A stretch of 64,000 nt of DNA from Macrostomum lignano. Taxonomy: Eukaryota. The notes beneath the pieces are model-generated. The model made no database searches and was not told the DNA's origin. It saw only the letters and a list, made by a program, of their open reading frames with translations. The stretch spans positions 420,228 through 484,227 of the forward strand of contig NIVC01000671.1 of assembly GCA_002269645.1 (NCBI GenBank). Direction: 5' to 3'. A program made the translations under genes and the position numbers. This document shows positions 35,440 through 47,174 of this stretch, one piece after another. Positions within the stretch are counted from its first letter, which is position 1. The number at the start of each line of letters is the position of its first letter.

Positions 35440-38400
35440 ATGCCTCTCTTTGGAAAGAAAAAGAGGGAAATTACTCAAGAGAGTCCAAGCCATCAAACTT
35501 CTCCAACAAAATCTACATCCCAAAACAGCAATCATAATCATGGGGATCATGGTCATGGTCCTACTTCACCATCTAAAAGTAAAAATCAAGAATACTATGA
35601 TCCACCTCGCCCAAAGTACAATTTTCATTGCCAATTGGCTCATGGCAGCCCAACTGGAATAATTAGTGGATTCACTAACGTCAAGGAACTTTATGCTAAG
35701 ATTGCAGAGTGCTACAATATTGAGTCATCAGATGTAAGCCTTTATGTAATTATTTTAATTTTAGTGTTATTATGCTATATTCATACTAGTTCTAAGAACT
35801 ATCACTTGTTTTATCTTATTTTGACCTGTAGTAATAATATGGTTTTAGATATTTTATAAGCCTTTATTTCATTTATTTTCTTGTAACCAAAGAAGTCTAA
35901 ATAAAATATCGCATTTTTCAGTTAGACTTTAACGATTTTAGCTATTTTCGATTCTGTAATAACATATTGCTTGTTTTTGGTTTTATTACAAACTAACAGC
36001 TATTACCTCATATAATATATAGTATTATTATAAAATGAAAAGCAAATACAGAGATACATTTTATTTTTATCTTGAATAATTTGTTTATCTTATTGCTAGT
36101 GTTTATTTTTGTTATGCAAGTCTTATTTATATTAGTCTAAGTGACAAGATTCTATAAATTGGCCTTTATATTAATTGATCTATTTTTGTATAAAATCATA
36201 GTGACTATATTTATTGAAACAAATCAACAAGTAGTCATAATATTATACTCTCTCAAAATTGAAGTATGTAGAACCTAAAAAAAGTAATGTCCATGAGCTT
36301 TTTAAAGTTGTCCTATTTTTAGGCACTAAGTATTCAAGTTTATTATATTATAAATAATATGAGAACTAAGGGTTTATCAATAATACATTACCTTAGAACT
36401 ATCATCAATAGGACATTGCTTTGTATTCTTATTGTATTTTCTTTTCCATATAAAATTTTTCTATATTTGTAATTTGACTAAGTTATATACTGAAGAAATT
36501 ATTCATATTCTTTTTATAATGATATAATATATTATATGGTTTCTACTGTAAGTATATGATTAGTATACATTTAGTAGTTATACTAGTTTGGTCCTTCCTG
36601 GTGGCTATAAATATAGAACTAATAGAATGTTTATTGCTTTTTAGTTTTCCTCTTTTACTTTAAATTGATTTAGAATTTACTCAGCAGTGCCAGTATGTGA
36701 TACAATTAGAAAAATATTTCTAGCCTTTTGCCCTTTTATTCTCCTAGATCATCTTCTGCACGCTAAACACGCACAAGATCGAGATGGAGCACCTACTGGG
36801 TGGCCAAATTGGCTTAGACGATTTCCTATTTGCCCACATTAAAGGCCAGAAAAAGGAGATTGAAGTAGAAAAGTCGGAGGACGCCCTCGGCCTCACCATC
36901 ACCGACAATGGCGCTGGTTACGCTTTCATCAAGCGAATCAAGGCTGGCTCCATAATTGACAGGATTGACCACATCCAGCCCGGGGATCACATTGAGAAAA
37001 TTGACGGCGAAAATTTCGTTGGTAAGAGGTTTCTTTACTACACATCACAGATAAATAACTGCCTGTTCAAATGACTTGTATAAGTTTAGAAGCCAGATAC
37101 TAGAATAACTAGATATTTAGAAGCCAGCGAAGCTTGTAGATGTGCACAAATTTTTAATTGGCTCAGCCATAATATATATTAGCCATGCAGGCGCCACTGA
37201 AATGTAGATGTCAGCTTTAGGCTGTAACATTAAAGAAGGCAATAAAAATTGGGTGGCGGCGGGGGTAGAGGTTTTGTGTCGAAAGGCGCGGTTTGAGGGC
37301 TTAATCCTCAGATACTACGAGCATAGATACTATATAGTTATTGTAGTATCTGTGGTTTAAGCTAGGAGCAGGGTCATGAGAATTGCCCGCAGACAAACTG
37401 CCCATCGAGATTTGCCCGTCGAGATTTGCCCGCAGTGCAATTTGCCCGTGAGCGAATTGCCCGCCGAGTTTTTTCCCGCCGAGGTTTACCTTGGGGCATT
37501 GGGGCAATGCAGGCAGAAGAACGGCGGGAAAAATCTCGACGGGCAATTCGTTCACTGGCAAAGAGCTAATAAATGAGGCTTGTCTTAAAAATACATTAAA
37601 ATGCTTTCGTTTAGCTTTCTACTGAACAGAAAGTAGTTTATACGCAAATGGGCTGAGTGGCCCATCTATCTTATTCTAGTAGCTGTGGTTACGTGTGTAA
37701 ATTTATAAAATTCCTCTTATGCATTGGTCCACTGTTTCTTCCGCATTGCAGGTAAGCGTCACTTTGACGTTGCTAAGCGTCTAAAAGAAATTCCCAGAGG
37801 AACCACATTCGTGCTGCGCTTAGTTTCGCCGGAGAAGTCGCCATACGCTAATTTGAATCCGCGTTCCGGCTCCCGCGGTCACCCAGCGGGTGGCGGCGGC
37901 GGGGGCGGCGGACTCGGCAGCGGGAAGAAGACTATTCGCCTGAAGGCGCGGGGTGGCGGCGGCGGCGGCGGCGAGGAAGATGTTAGCGAGGTTAATTTTT
38001 TGTTATGGAAATCAGAGAAGTGACCGAAATTAGGCTGTGTGAATAGATAATCCTAAAAGCCTTCTTATATTGTATAGAGGTACATGTAGGCTGTTGGCAG
38101 TAAAAAACTAATTAGTTGATTCTATCTGAACTTACACAGCTTCTGCAATAAGCAACATTATTTGACAAATTACTGCGTGTAGGCGATAAAACACCTGGCC
38201 AATAAGTAGGCAACAAACTACCTGCCCAACTAATTAGACAACAAACTACCTGGCCAACTAATTAGACAACAAATTATCTGGCCAACTAATTAGACTACAA
38301 ACTACCTGGCCAACTAATTAGACCACAAACTACCTCGCAAAATAATTAGACAACAAATTATCTGGCCAACTAATTAGACTACAAACTACCTGGCCAACTA

Positions 38401-38994
38401 ATTAGACAACAAACTACCTGGCCAACTAATTAGACAAAAAACTACCTGGCCAACTAATTAGACAAAAAACTACCTGGCCAACTAATTAGACAAAAAACTA
38501 CCTGGCCAACTAATTAGCAACAAGCTACCCGACTGACAAATTGAGCAACAGACGGCATGATAGACCGTATTTACTGAAACTGTCCCAGCTAGATACTATA
38601 GTTATAGTAACCATAAAAGGCCAAATCAAAATCCGTCTCTAATCCGCACTGGCTCTGTATCCAGGCCCCGGATCAGGCGGCCGCCGCGGCCATCGAGGCC
38701 ATCAACCGGCTAATCGAAGGCTTGCTAGGCATCTCGGACGCCGAGCTCGCCCAGAGCATCTGGGAGATCGGCCAGGCGGCCGGGAATCCGCACGAATTCG
38801 CTCTGATGGTGGATCGCGATCTCGGCGAGTTCGCCTTCCCAGACGGCCTCGTCTTCGACTTCTGGGGCGCCGTCAGCGACGCCAAAGCAGGTCGAATCCG
38901 GCCCGGAAGTGGCGGCGGCGGCAGGGCGCCTGCGGATTCACCGAAAGCTGAGCCGGAAGAAGAGGGTGCAGTGGAGTTCACAGAGGAGTTCTGA
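35440..38994 (+). CDS. GIPC1: PDZ domain-containing protein GIPC; exons 35440-35733, 36748-37021, 37752-37990, 38665-38994
   Basis: GIPC motifs [71 protein letters not shown] and FA..VD..LG.F.FPD..VFD.WGA. Junction phases 0/1/0 are consistent. Paralog assignment not resolved. Confidence 0.96.
37094..37687 (+). mobile_element. Composite CACAG-TIR MITE copy with nested inserts, in GIPC intron 2
   Basis: MITE body is split at ~37305-37560 by a TIR-only mini-copy and a TTGCCCG-repeat element; it ends TAGTAGCTGTG at 37687. Confidence 0.75.
38215..38520. repeat. 28-bp minisatellite (CAAACTACCTGGCCAACTAATTAGACAA)n in GIPC intron 3
   Basis: About 11 units. Confidence 0.92.
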
Positions 38995-39173
38995 TGTTGG
39001 CTGAGTGTTGGCTGACTGCAGTTTTTCTGTTTGTACACAAAAGACGCGATTATTTGTTTTCTATCACAACTTTTAACGTAAAAAGCTGAACAACTGCAAC
39101 AATCAGCCTGCACTTGTCTGAAATGGAGGGTTTTTGGAAGAAGAGCTGGCTGCTCCATTTTCTCATTCTGGGT

Positions 39174-39613
39174 CACAGATACTAAACTAACTGGATGAGC
39201 CACTCTGGCATATATGCTTAGTAAAACAGCTTTCTACTTTCAGTTCAGTAGCAAAGAAGAATACATAAGCTATTTTATAAAAAAGAAAATGAATTCGATA
39301 AGTTTAGAAGCCCCAGCTTGCAGGCGTAAGCAACTTGCTAATTGGTTCAGCAATAATGTACATTAGCCAGTCCCCTGAAATGTACATGGCTCCTAGGCTG
39401 GAATTCCGAGAAAGGCAATAAAAATTGTGGCGGGGCGGGGGAGGGTAGTGTGGAAAGGCGCGTTCGGAGGGTTTAAGCTTGGGGGTAAGAGTACATAAAT
39501 GAGCCTTGTCTTTAAACACACATTAAAATGCTTCTGTTTAACTTACTACTGAACTGAAAGTAGCTTACACGCAAATGTGCTTATTGGCCCATGTAGTTAT
39601 TCTAGTATCTGTG
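39174..39613 (+). mobile_element. CACAG-TIR MITE, full length (440 bp)
   Basis: Ends CACAGATACTAAACTAACTGGATG...TAGTTATTCTAGTATCTGTG. Subterminal IR CTACTTTCAGTTCAGTAG/CTACTGAACTGAAAGTAG. Flanks TTCTGGGT/CTCTGTGT (6/8 match). Confidence 0.85.
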
Positions 39614-40128
39614 CTCTGTGTCTCCTGTACTTACTTTAACGAATTGAGTTGCCTTTTTGAACAATTTTTAATAGGAAAAATAAGAAGTCATAAGTCAATA
39701 TTATTCATTGTTGCGATATCAGACTTGTGTTCGCGAACCCATTGTTATCGATAAAAAGGTTGTGGAACTACTTATATACCAGGTACGTGTTTCTCTGTGG
39801 ACTACATAATTCACTCGTGACTGTGGTACATTTTTATGCTTCTTATGCTTTTCTTGCGCTCAATTTGCTTTACTAATTGAATCTCTGTTTGTTTTGCAGA
39901 GTTAAGCAAGTCGAGTTACACAAATCAGTCAGTGTTCCTGAGTTATTTTTTATTCACCGTATTAGTTTTGTCGTTTTTGTCTCTGTTGTTAAATAAGGTT
40001 TTTTTTACTTTTCTGGCTAGTGTTTCTTTTTTGCTCGTTTGCCATCGTTATAAAAATCTTTCGCACTTGTTCGAGAATGATAAGTCATTTTTGAAGGTTT
40101 TTATCGCTTTTGCTGATTACTCTCTTGG

Positions 40129-40422
40129 CCAATCAAAAGACATGCGGTTAAGGTGGAGTTGGTAACTGAGCACCCAATCAGAAACTAGTAAGGGCAGAGG
40201 TTGGTTATTGATCAGCCAATCAGAAGCCAGTCAGGGCAGAGGTTGGTTATTAATCAGCCAATTAGAAACCAGCCAGGGCAAAGGTTGGTGATTAATCAGC
40301 CAATGAAAAGCCAGTCGGTGCAAAGGTGGATTTAACAGCCAATAAGAAGCAGTCAGGCAAAGTTTGATTGAACAGCCAATCAGAAGCCAGTTTGACAGTT
40401 AGCTAGTCTTGTGTTTATAAAT
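40129..40422 (+). promoter_or_regulatory. Tandem array of 7 CCAAT boxes at ~42-bp period, followed by TATAAAT
   Basis: CCAAT at 40129, 40174, 40216, 40258, 40300, 40339 and 40376; TATAAAT at 40416-40422. Confidence 0.5.
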
Positions 40423-41312
40423 GGACCTTTGCCGTGCTAATTCGCTTGTCACTTCCTGCACTTTTCTTATTTTTTGAGGCGCTTTTGCCTAAAACGGTTT
40501 GTAATACATTCCATTTTGTGTAAGACAGCACTTTTTAGACGCTAATTTCACTTTTTCGAGTCTCCGTGTCATTTTTAAAAATATATTTTCAATCGCACCC
40601 AAAAAGTTTAGAATCTTGTTTTCATAAAACTGTTTCAAAATAGAAATCCGCGGTTTCAAGCCACATAATCGCGTGTGCTCAATGTAAACCATAAACTTCA
40701 TTCATCAACTGCTTAATTTGCACTTTTGCGTCAAACAGAAAAATAGCTTTACATATGGGTCACTTTTAACCATTTCCTAAATATTTTCACATTAAAAGAC
40801 CTTATGTGACCGGAGTTACAGTTTTTTTTCATTTTTCATTGTTTTCATACATAATGGATTCTGTTCTAAATATGCATGTGCATATAGCTTTACTTACTTA
40901 ACTTGTAGAGAGAGCAGTTATAGTCAAGCTTATACAGTTTACAATTTCGAGTAAAAATCGTATAAAAATCACTGGCTGTGTGCTGCCACCTACTGTTTAT
41001 TTGATTTTTCGGTTGTGTACTAACGTCTACGTGCATGTACATGCATTCACAAACAGCTTTCCGTCATCATTATGTTCACTATGCGCGTCTACTGGGTTGT
41101 TTCTAATTCACGTATTATTATTATTATTAAATAAACAAACAAACGATTCACTTATTGGTAATAGAAATTTATTCGAAATGAAAATTACAAAACTGCAGAA
41201 TCTATCTTTCTTGCTTTTTTAATATTACTTTACAAGGAATACTAAAGAAGAAGGACGCAACACTCGACGTCTATGGAAAAATTGTTTTGAAGGCCACTTT
41301 TCGCCAAAAAAT

Positions 41313-42070
41313 ACATTACGGAGATAGGGATAACGACGCCAGTTTGCTACCGCCCAAGTTTAGCGGCCAATCAAACGTGCACTTTTGGCTGAGCATCTTT
41401 GAAGACTTCGTCGAAAACAATAATTGGGACGATGCAAAGTGTTCCTCCAAAGTGAGGCTCCTGCTGAGAGGGGAGGCCCAGGTCTGTGTTTGGGACATGC
41501 CAGATGCTGAGAAAAAAAGTTATAAGAAAATCAAGGCACTTCTTCCCGAGCAGTACGGCGGTTCTGCGAATCAGCACCGCGCTATCGCCACGCAGGAGTT
41601 CCAAAGTCGACAACGCAAGAATGGCGAGTCAATCAGGAAGCTCTTGTTCGCTCTCAGGCTGCTGTACATGGGAGCCCGCCCGGATGACCCACCAACGCTC
41701 CGCGATCGGGACGTCAAGTTCAGAATTATCCATCTATTAAGCGCAGGGATACCCGAAGCCCTGCTCAAGGAGAGCGACTCGGATACATGAACACTGGGCA
41801 CGCTGATCGAGAGAGCCACCAGACTGGAGCTGGTGATGAGCAAGAACACGCCCGCAAGTTTGCCTATGGTCTTCACGGTTAACGGAGTTTCCTTGCCTGA
41901 CCAGTGCGCCATGTGGTCCGATCTCAATTCCGCCGTCCACCAAAAACTTCTCGAACTTCTGTCGACCGCTCTTGGACAAGGTGCTCGGAGAGCGCCTTGA
42001 AGACACTCTGCAGAATTAAGTGCACTCAGCATGTCCGGACGACATTCTCTCGACCAGGCCGACAGCAGAG
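41313..42070 (+). mobile_element. Ty3/Gypsy gag fragment (degenerate)
   Basis: PPKFSG...W...F.....W.......LLLRGEAQ...EFQSRQRKNGESI.....L..L is the retrotransposon gag capsid pattern; premature stop at 41790. Confidence 0.8.
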
Positions 42071-42074
42071 CGTA

Positions 42075-43320
42075 AAGTTGAACTGCTGAATCGTGTCAAG
42101 TCAGCGCGCCAGACGCCCTTCAGGTTCCTTAGTCTGCAGCAGGCCCTTTAGTGGCTGATGATCGGTGAACGCGGTGAAGTGCTTCACGTTACACACGTAC
42201 GACCTGAAATGTTTTAAGGCTCCATACTAAGGCGAGCAGTTCTCTGTTAGTAGCTGAATATAGTTCCTTTCTGCCTTATTTAGGGTCCTTGAGGCGAAAG
42301 CAACCGACAGTTCCGCATCTCCGTGCGCCTGATTGAGAACCGCACAGATTGCAAATGCGCTTGCATCGCAACTCAGGATGAAGGGCCGGCTAAAATCTGC
42401 TGGTAGCCTAAGCACGGGAGCCTGGCAGATCCTTTCCTTTAGTTCGGTGAAAGCATTCTCACACTCATCCGTCCAGGTGAAGCCGGTCTTTTGCGTAGCT
42501 GCATGCAGAGGCGCAGCTATCCTGCTAAGTCGTGGATGAATCACCGGTAAAATCCCAGCATGCCGATGAATCGCCTCACTTCCTCAGCTGAGCTCGGCGT
42601 CTGAATCTTCGATAAAGCTTCCACTTTACTGGGGACTGGCCTCCTTTGCTGCTGACAAGATGGCCCAGGTACTTGACACTACGGTATGCAAACACGGACT
42701 TCTCCTTGTTCAGCTTGTTCACCTTGTTTCAGCGCTTTGAAACCGTTCAAAAACCCGGCGTAGACTGACTAGATGCTGGTCAAAGCTCTTGCTGAACACT
42801 ATTAGATCATCCATGTAGACCAGGACCTCCTCCCACGTGAGGCCAGGCATGATCAGCTCCATTAGCCGTTGGAACGTAGCCGGCGAGTTGCACATTCCAA
42901 ATCCCATTTTCTTGAACTGAATGAATCCTCTGGTAGAGTAAAACGCCATCTTGTAGCGGTCTGCTTCCTTAACTTCCACTTTATTAAAACACTGCTTGCA
43001 ATCGATTGTCGTAAACCAAGAGCAGCCTAAGAGCGCGTCCATGGACTGTTGCAGGTGTGGGAGCTGATTTAGGCGTCCCTTGACCGTAGCGGCATTCAGC
43101 TGGTGCCAGTCAGTGCAGATGCGGATGTCTCCGTTCTTCTTCTTGACTATATTATGCACGATCAAATTTCTGGCCCATGGAGAGCTCGACGGCTCAATGA
43201 TGTCGTGCGAAAGCATCTGGCCAATATTGTCGTTGCCTCGGTCCCTCAGCAGCAGGGGAAGCGGTCGCTGGCGCTGCCTGAATGGCCGTGCCTCGAGCTT
43301 CGGCAGGAGTTCCTAAGAAA
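42075..43320 (-). mobile_element. Ty3/Gypsy pol fragment (RT plus RNase H), frameshifted
   Basis: IIEPSSSPWA, KKKNGDIRICTDW..LN, FTTID..., FGMCNSPATFQRLM, YMDD, CDAS, VAFASRTLNKAERNY, FTDHQPL. Confidence 0.93.
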
Positions 43321-45430
43321 AAGGAATTTTTCGGCGAAAAGTGGCCTTCAAAACTTTCTCATGAAACATGAGTGTCGCTTCCTGTATATGCGTTGCTTTA
43401 GTTGTCCTTGGTATCGACGCCAACGGCAGATTTACACTGTACGTATGACGAGTGTACTTTCATGACAACCGACGGTTCAGCCGCATATGACGTCGTTATC
43501 CATCGATGTAATGTAAAAGCACATATTTGTCATCGACGTCAATAATAGACGTTAACAACGTCGGCCAGACGTCGCCGACGTCAGATTGCTGTAAGAGGTA
43601 CAGTCTACTAAACAAACCTCGGTGTCAGATTGTTGATCATCGCCACATTTACATAAATGTACGTAATTTGGTAATTATTTTCATGACACGCCAATTAAAT
43701 ACAGATTTTGCGAAGACAACCATCACACGTTTCAATATGCATCATTGAGGATGCATACATGTGTACATAGCGTCTACAACGGCTCTTCTAGGCATTGAGA
43801 GTCGCGCCATCTGACGCTGCTTTTGTGAACTGGCAGCGTACTCTGTTGTTGTTGTTGTTGTTGTTGTAGGCATTTTAGCAATCACAGTGTTCATCTATTT
43901 TATGATCTCATACTACGTAGAAATTAGTTTACTTTTAGCAACAGATTTGCCCTTGCGAATTTCTGGCCCATATTACAGCACGCTCACGGCTGGTCAATAA
44001 CATAATTGACTCTAGCTTTCTTGCTACGTAAAAATATACGAAAAACTTCGTTTCTAAGAAAATCTTTCAAGACTGGCTTTACGCGAAAATTGTCTTCTTG
44101 GTATATAATTCTTGATATAATCATATCTCGAAAGTTATGCCAGGAAAACTTTTCCTTTTTAAACACAAAACTGTTTTTTATTAAATATGTGTTAAATGCT
44201 TATATCATACTAATAATACTACTTGCCTGTTTTAGGTCCCTATCACTTCAAAAATTTTGCTTAAACAACTGAACTCTGACGCCTTTATCTTACTTATAAT
44301 AAAGTTATAATATAACATTTTTAGTATATGGAAATTAGCTATTGTGACTACAGGACAACTAGGACTATGTCTAGGGCCTATAATGTAAGATAGAGTCCAT
44401 AATATATATATAAACCCATGCCTTGACTTGACTATAGTTGACTTACTATGATTTAATACCAAAGCCTATATATATATATATATATCAGATATAAACATAC
44501 TAAAAATATCATACTATATATTAATATATGAGTATATATAATAGCCCTTTGAGCCCATCCCTTTAATATACTACTAGATTTATTATAAGGATATCAATTC
44601 TCTAGAAAATTTGTATCCAACCCAAGGATTTTTTTGGCTTAACCCTTAGCTAGGGTCTCTAGTAACTAGTAAAGAATATATAGACATAAAAAATATATCC
44701 ATCCAAAGTTCCAAACCAAAAGAAACCTATAGTATAGATAAATTATATAGCAGTTTGATTATAGGCCTATATGGCTATACTATATATGATTAGACTATAT
44801 TTGACTATGACCTATGTAATTGCTAATGCTAAAATTGCTAATATATATAATAATAGATAGTTTCATATAGAATAAAAAACTTATAGGCAGAGAAAATATA
44901 TTAAATTAAAAATACTGCTAAATCCCACCTTAAAAATTATGATATAATCTAGACTAGTTATCTACTATCTTGCTTGCCTAGGTCTAGGCCTATTTAAATG
45001 CTTATTTGCTTATATGCTTGCTTGTCTTCCTAAATGCTTCAACACTTGTCTATCTGTCTGTTTATCTGCTTACCTTGGTCTCTGCCTATCTATCTATCTA
45101 TCTATTAAGGCAGAATTATTGCTATTTAATCATAGTTTGCAAGTAGCTTGAAGCTTACAATAAGATGCTATTGTCAACAATTGAAGTATGTATACAATGT
45201 AATCAGCTTTAATAGAGTGCCATCACTGAATTGTGAGCCCACTTTTGTTAGAAAGAGTCTTGCTAACAAAAATGCATATTCTGCTGCAACATAGTTGCAA
45301 GGATGGAAATCAGAATTCTATATAATAACTTTATATTTTTAACATGTTGATAAGATAAGTTAATAAGATGCTGATTTAAGCAGTTTTATTTATCAAAATA
45401 ATATGATATATTATGAAGTGTTTAGTGTTA

Positions 45431-46020
45431 GTGGTTAATGGTTAATGGTTAGAGCATTGGACTCGCAACTTGAAGTCCCTATTGCAGCCAAGGTCTGAAC
45501 CGCGCCGGACGCCCCCCTTTCCCGCGCCAGACATCTACCCGTACCGCGCCAGGGCCAGTCCCCAGGATCAGTGATTTGGTTCAATTAGTCAGTCAATGGC
45601 TCGCATCAATCGACGTTGACCCGGCCCTTTGTTGCCGCCAGTCGCCAAAGCACCTGCTTTGTTGCCGCCACACGCCACGCCACCGCGCGCCGCCACCATG
45701 CGCCGCGCTGCTGCCACGCGCCGCGCCACTGCCAGGCCAATCCGCACCGGACGCCGTCCACGAAAATGGCCATTGGCTGCAATAGGGCTTGAAGTCAGGG
45801 GTTCAATTCCCAATCCCACTAGAACAATTTGTGTCCTTAAGCAAGACACTTAATTCTGCATTGCTTCAGTTCACCTAGCTGTAAACAGGGTGACCTTTTA
45901 GTCCTTTGACTGAATAGCTATACATGTATGCAGCCTTCAGATGCACCACACAATAGCTATAGCTGAGTTGCCATTGCACATCTGGCCCAATTGCAGCAGA
46001 TGTAATCTATTATTATTATT
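45431..46020 (+). mobile_element. tRNA-derived SINE interrupted by a MITE
   Basis: A-box-like GTGGTTAATGGTTAGAGC, B-box-like GGTTCAATTCCC, SINE core-like GTGTCCTTAAGCAAGACACTT and a (TAT)n tail at ~46009-46020. Confidence 0.75.
45477..45787. mobile_element. 311-bp GC-rich MITE with 15-bp TIRs and a perfect 8-bp TSD
   Basis: TIR CCCTATTGCAGCCAA/TTGGCTGCAATAGGG; TSD CTTGAAGT at 45469-45476 and 45788-45795. Confidence 0.9.
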
Positions 46021-46025
46021 AGTAA

Positions 46026-46080
46026 CACAGCTGCTCTTTACTTCCAGTTCAGTAGCAAAGAAGAATACATTTTATAAAAA
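46026..46080 (+). mobile_element. 5' fragment of the CACAG-TIR MITE
   Basis: CACAG...ACTTCCAGTTCAGTAGCAAAGAAGAATACATTTTATAAAA matches the family. Confidence 0.65.
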
Positions 46081-46146
46081 TGGAGCCAGGTAAAATCACA
46101 ATGCCCCCCTTGCCCACTAATTTGGCATCTTCTTATAGTAGGCTTG

Positions 46147-46400
46147 GACCCCTTGGTGCTGGCGCCCCTTGGTGCTGGCGCCCCTTGGTGCTGGCGCCCC
46201 TTGGTGCTGGCGCCCCTTGGTGCTGGCGCCCATTGGTGCTGGCGCCCCTTGGTGCTGGCGCCCCTTGGTGCTGGCGCCCCTTGGTGCTGGCGCCCCTTGG
46301 TGCTGGCGCCCCTTGGTGCTGGCGCCCCTTGGTGCTGGCGCCCCTTGGTGCTGGCGCCCCTTGGTGCTGGCGCCCCTTTGTGCTGGCGCCCCTTGGTGTC
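46147..46400. repeat. 16-bp minisatellite (GGCGCCCCTTGGTGCT)n
   Basis: About 16 units, ending ~35 bp before the acceptor at 46435. Confidence 0.95.
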
Positions 46401-46439
46401 AATCAGCATTACATTTTCGAGAGTAAATTTTTCAGAGAA

Positions 46440-47174
46440 ATGCTGTCGCCCGGCTTGGACCAACCCGACCGCGCCCATGTCGACGCCGATGAACCTCCTG
46501 TCCGGGACGTCGGCTTGAACGAAGTCGACTTCGACATTGACATTGACGCGCCTCAGCCGCCGCCTCCGCCACCGGCGGCTCTGCTAGACGAGTCGGATTT
46601 GGACAAGTGCAGCCGGGCCGACCTCCTAGCGATGCTCCGCGACCTCCTGGCCGACCGCGTCCGCCTGCTGCGTCGGCATTCGAGCACAGTTGATCAGCTC
46701 AGCGCCCGCCTGAGCCGGCGCTCAGACGAGTTGCACTCGATTCGCCAGTCCGCCGAGTCGGTCGGCCGAGAGAACGCCGACCTGCGCCGCCTACTGGCCG
46801 GGGTCGAGTCCGAGCGGCTGCGCCTGCTGGACACCGGCCAGCAGTGGCGGGCCTTGGCCGGGCAGAGCGGCGCCGCCCTGGCCAACGAGCTGGCTGACCT
46901 GCGAGTCAAAGTGGCCGGTCTGGAGCGCCTGCTCGGACAGCTGGACGGCGGCGACTATCGGAGGCTGCCAGCTGACGGTCAGGAGGCCGCCGGCTCCATC
47001 AACTCTGCCGTTGCCAACTCGACGTCAGTCAGACTCGGCGCGGACGCTTCAATTGATGTCGAGCGTCGACTGGCTAGCGTGGAATCTTCGCTAACGTCGA
47101 TGCGGCCGTCGGAGGCGCTGATGCTGAGGCATCTGGTGACGCTGGCCCGGCAGAAGCAATCTGCCGCTCATTAG
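46440..47174 (+). CDS. CCDC85: Coiled-coil protein, CCDC85/DIPA (DUF2216)-like, single coding exon
   Basis: DLLAMLRDLLADRVRLLRRH...RL...E......ENADLRRL....ESER......QW.......LANELADLRVKVAGLE follows the CCDC85 N-terminal coiled-coil pattern. GC-rich coding bias; TTTTCAG acceptor 4 nt before the ATG. Family call is by eye. Confidence 0.65.
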   Translation: MLSPGLDQPDRAHVDADEPPVRDVGLNEVDFDIDIDAPQPPPPPPAALLDESDLDKCSRADLLAMLRDLLADRVRLLRRHSSTVDQLSARLSRRSDELHSIRQSAESVGRENADLRRLLAGVESERLRLLDTGQQWRALAGQSGAALANELADLRVKVAGLERLLGQLDGGDYRRLPADGQEAAGSINSAVANSTSVRLGADASIDVERRLASVESSLTSMRPSEALMLRHLVTLARQKQSAAH

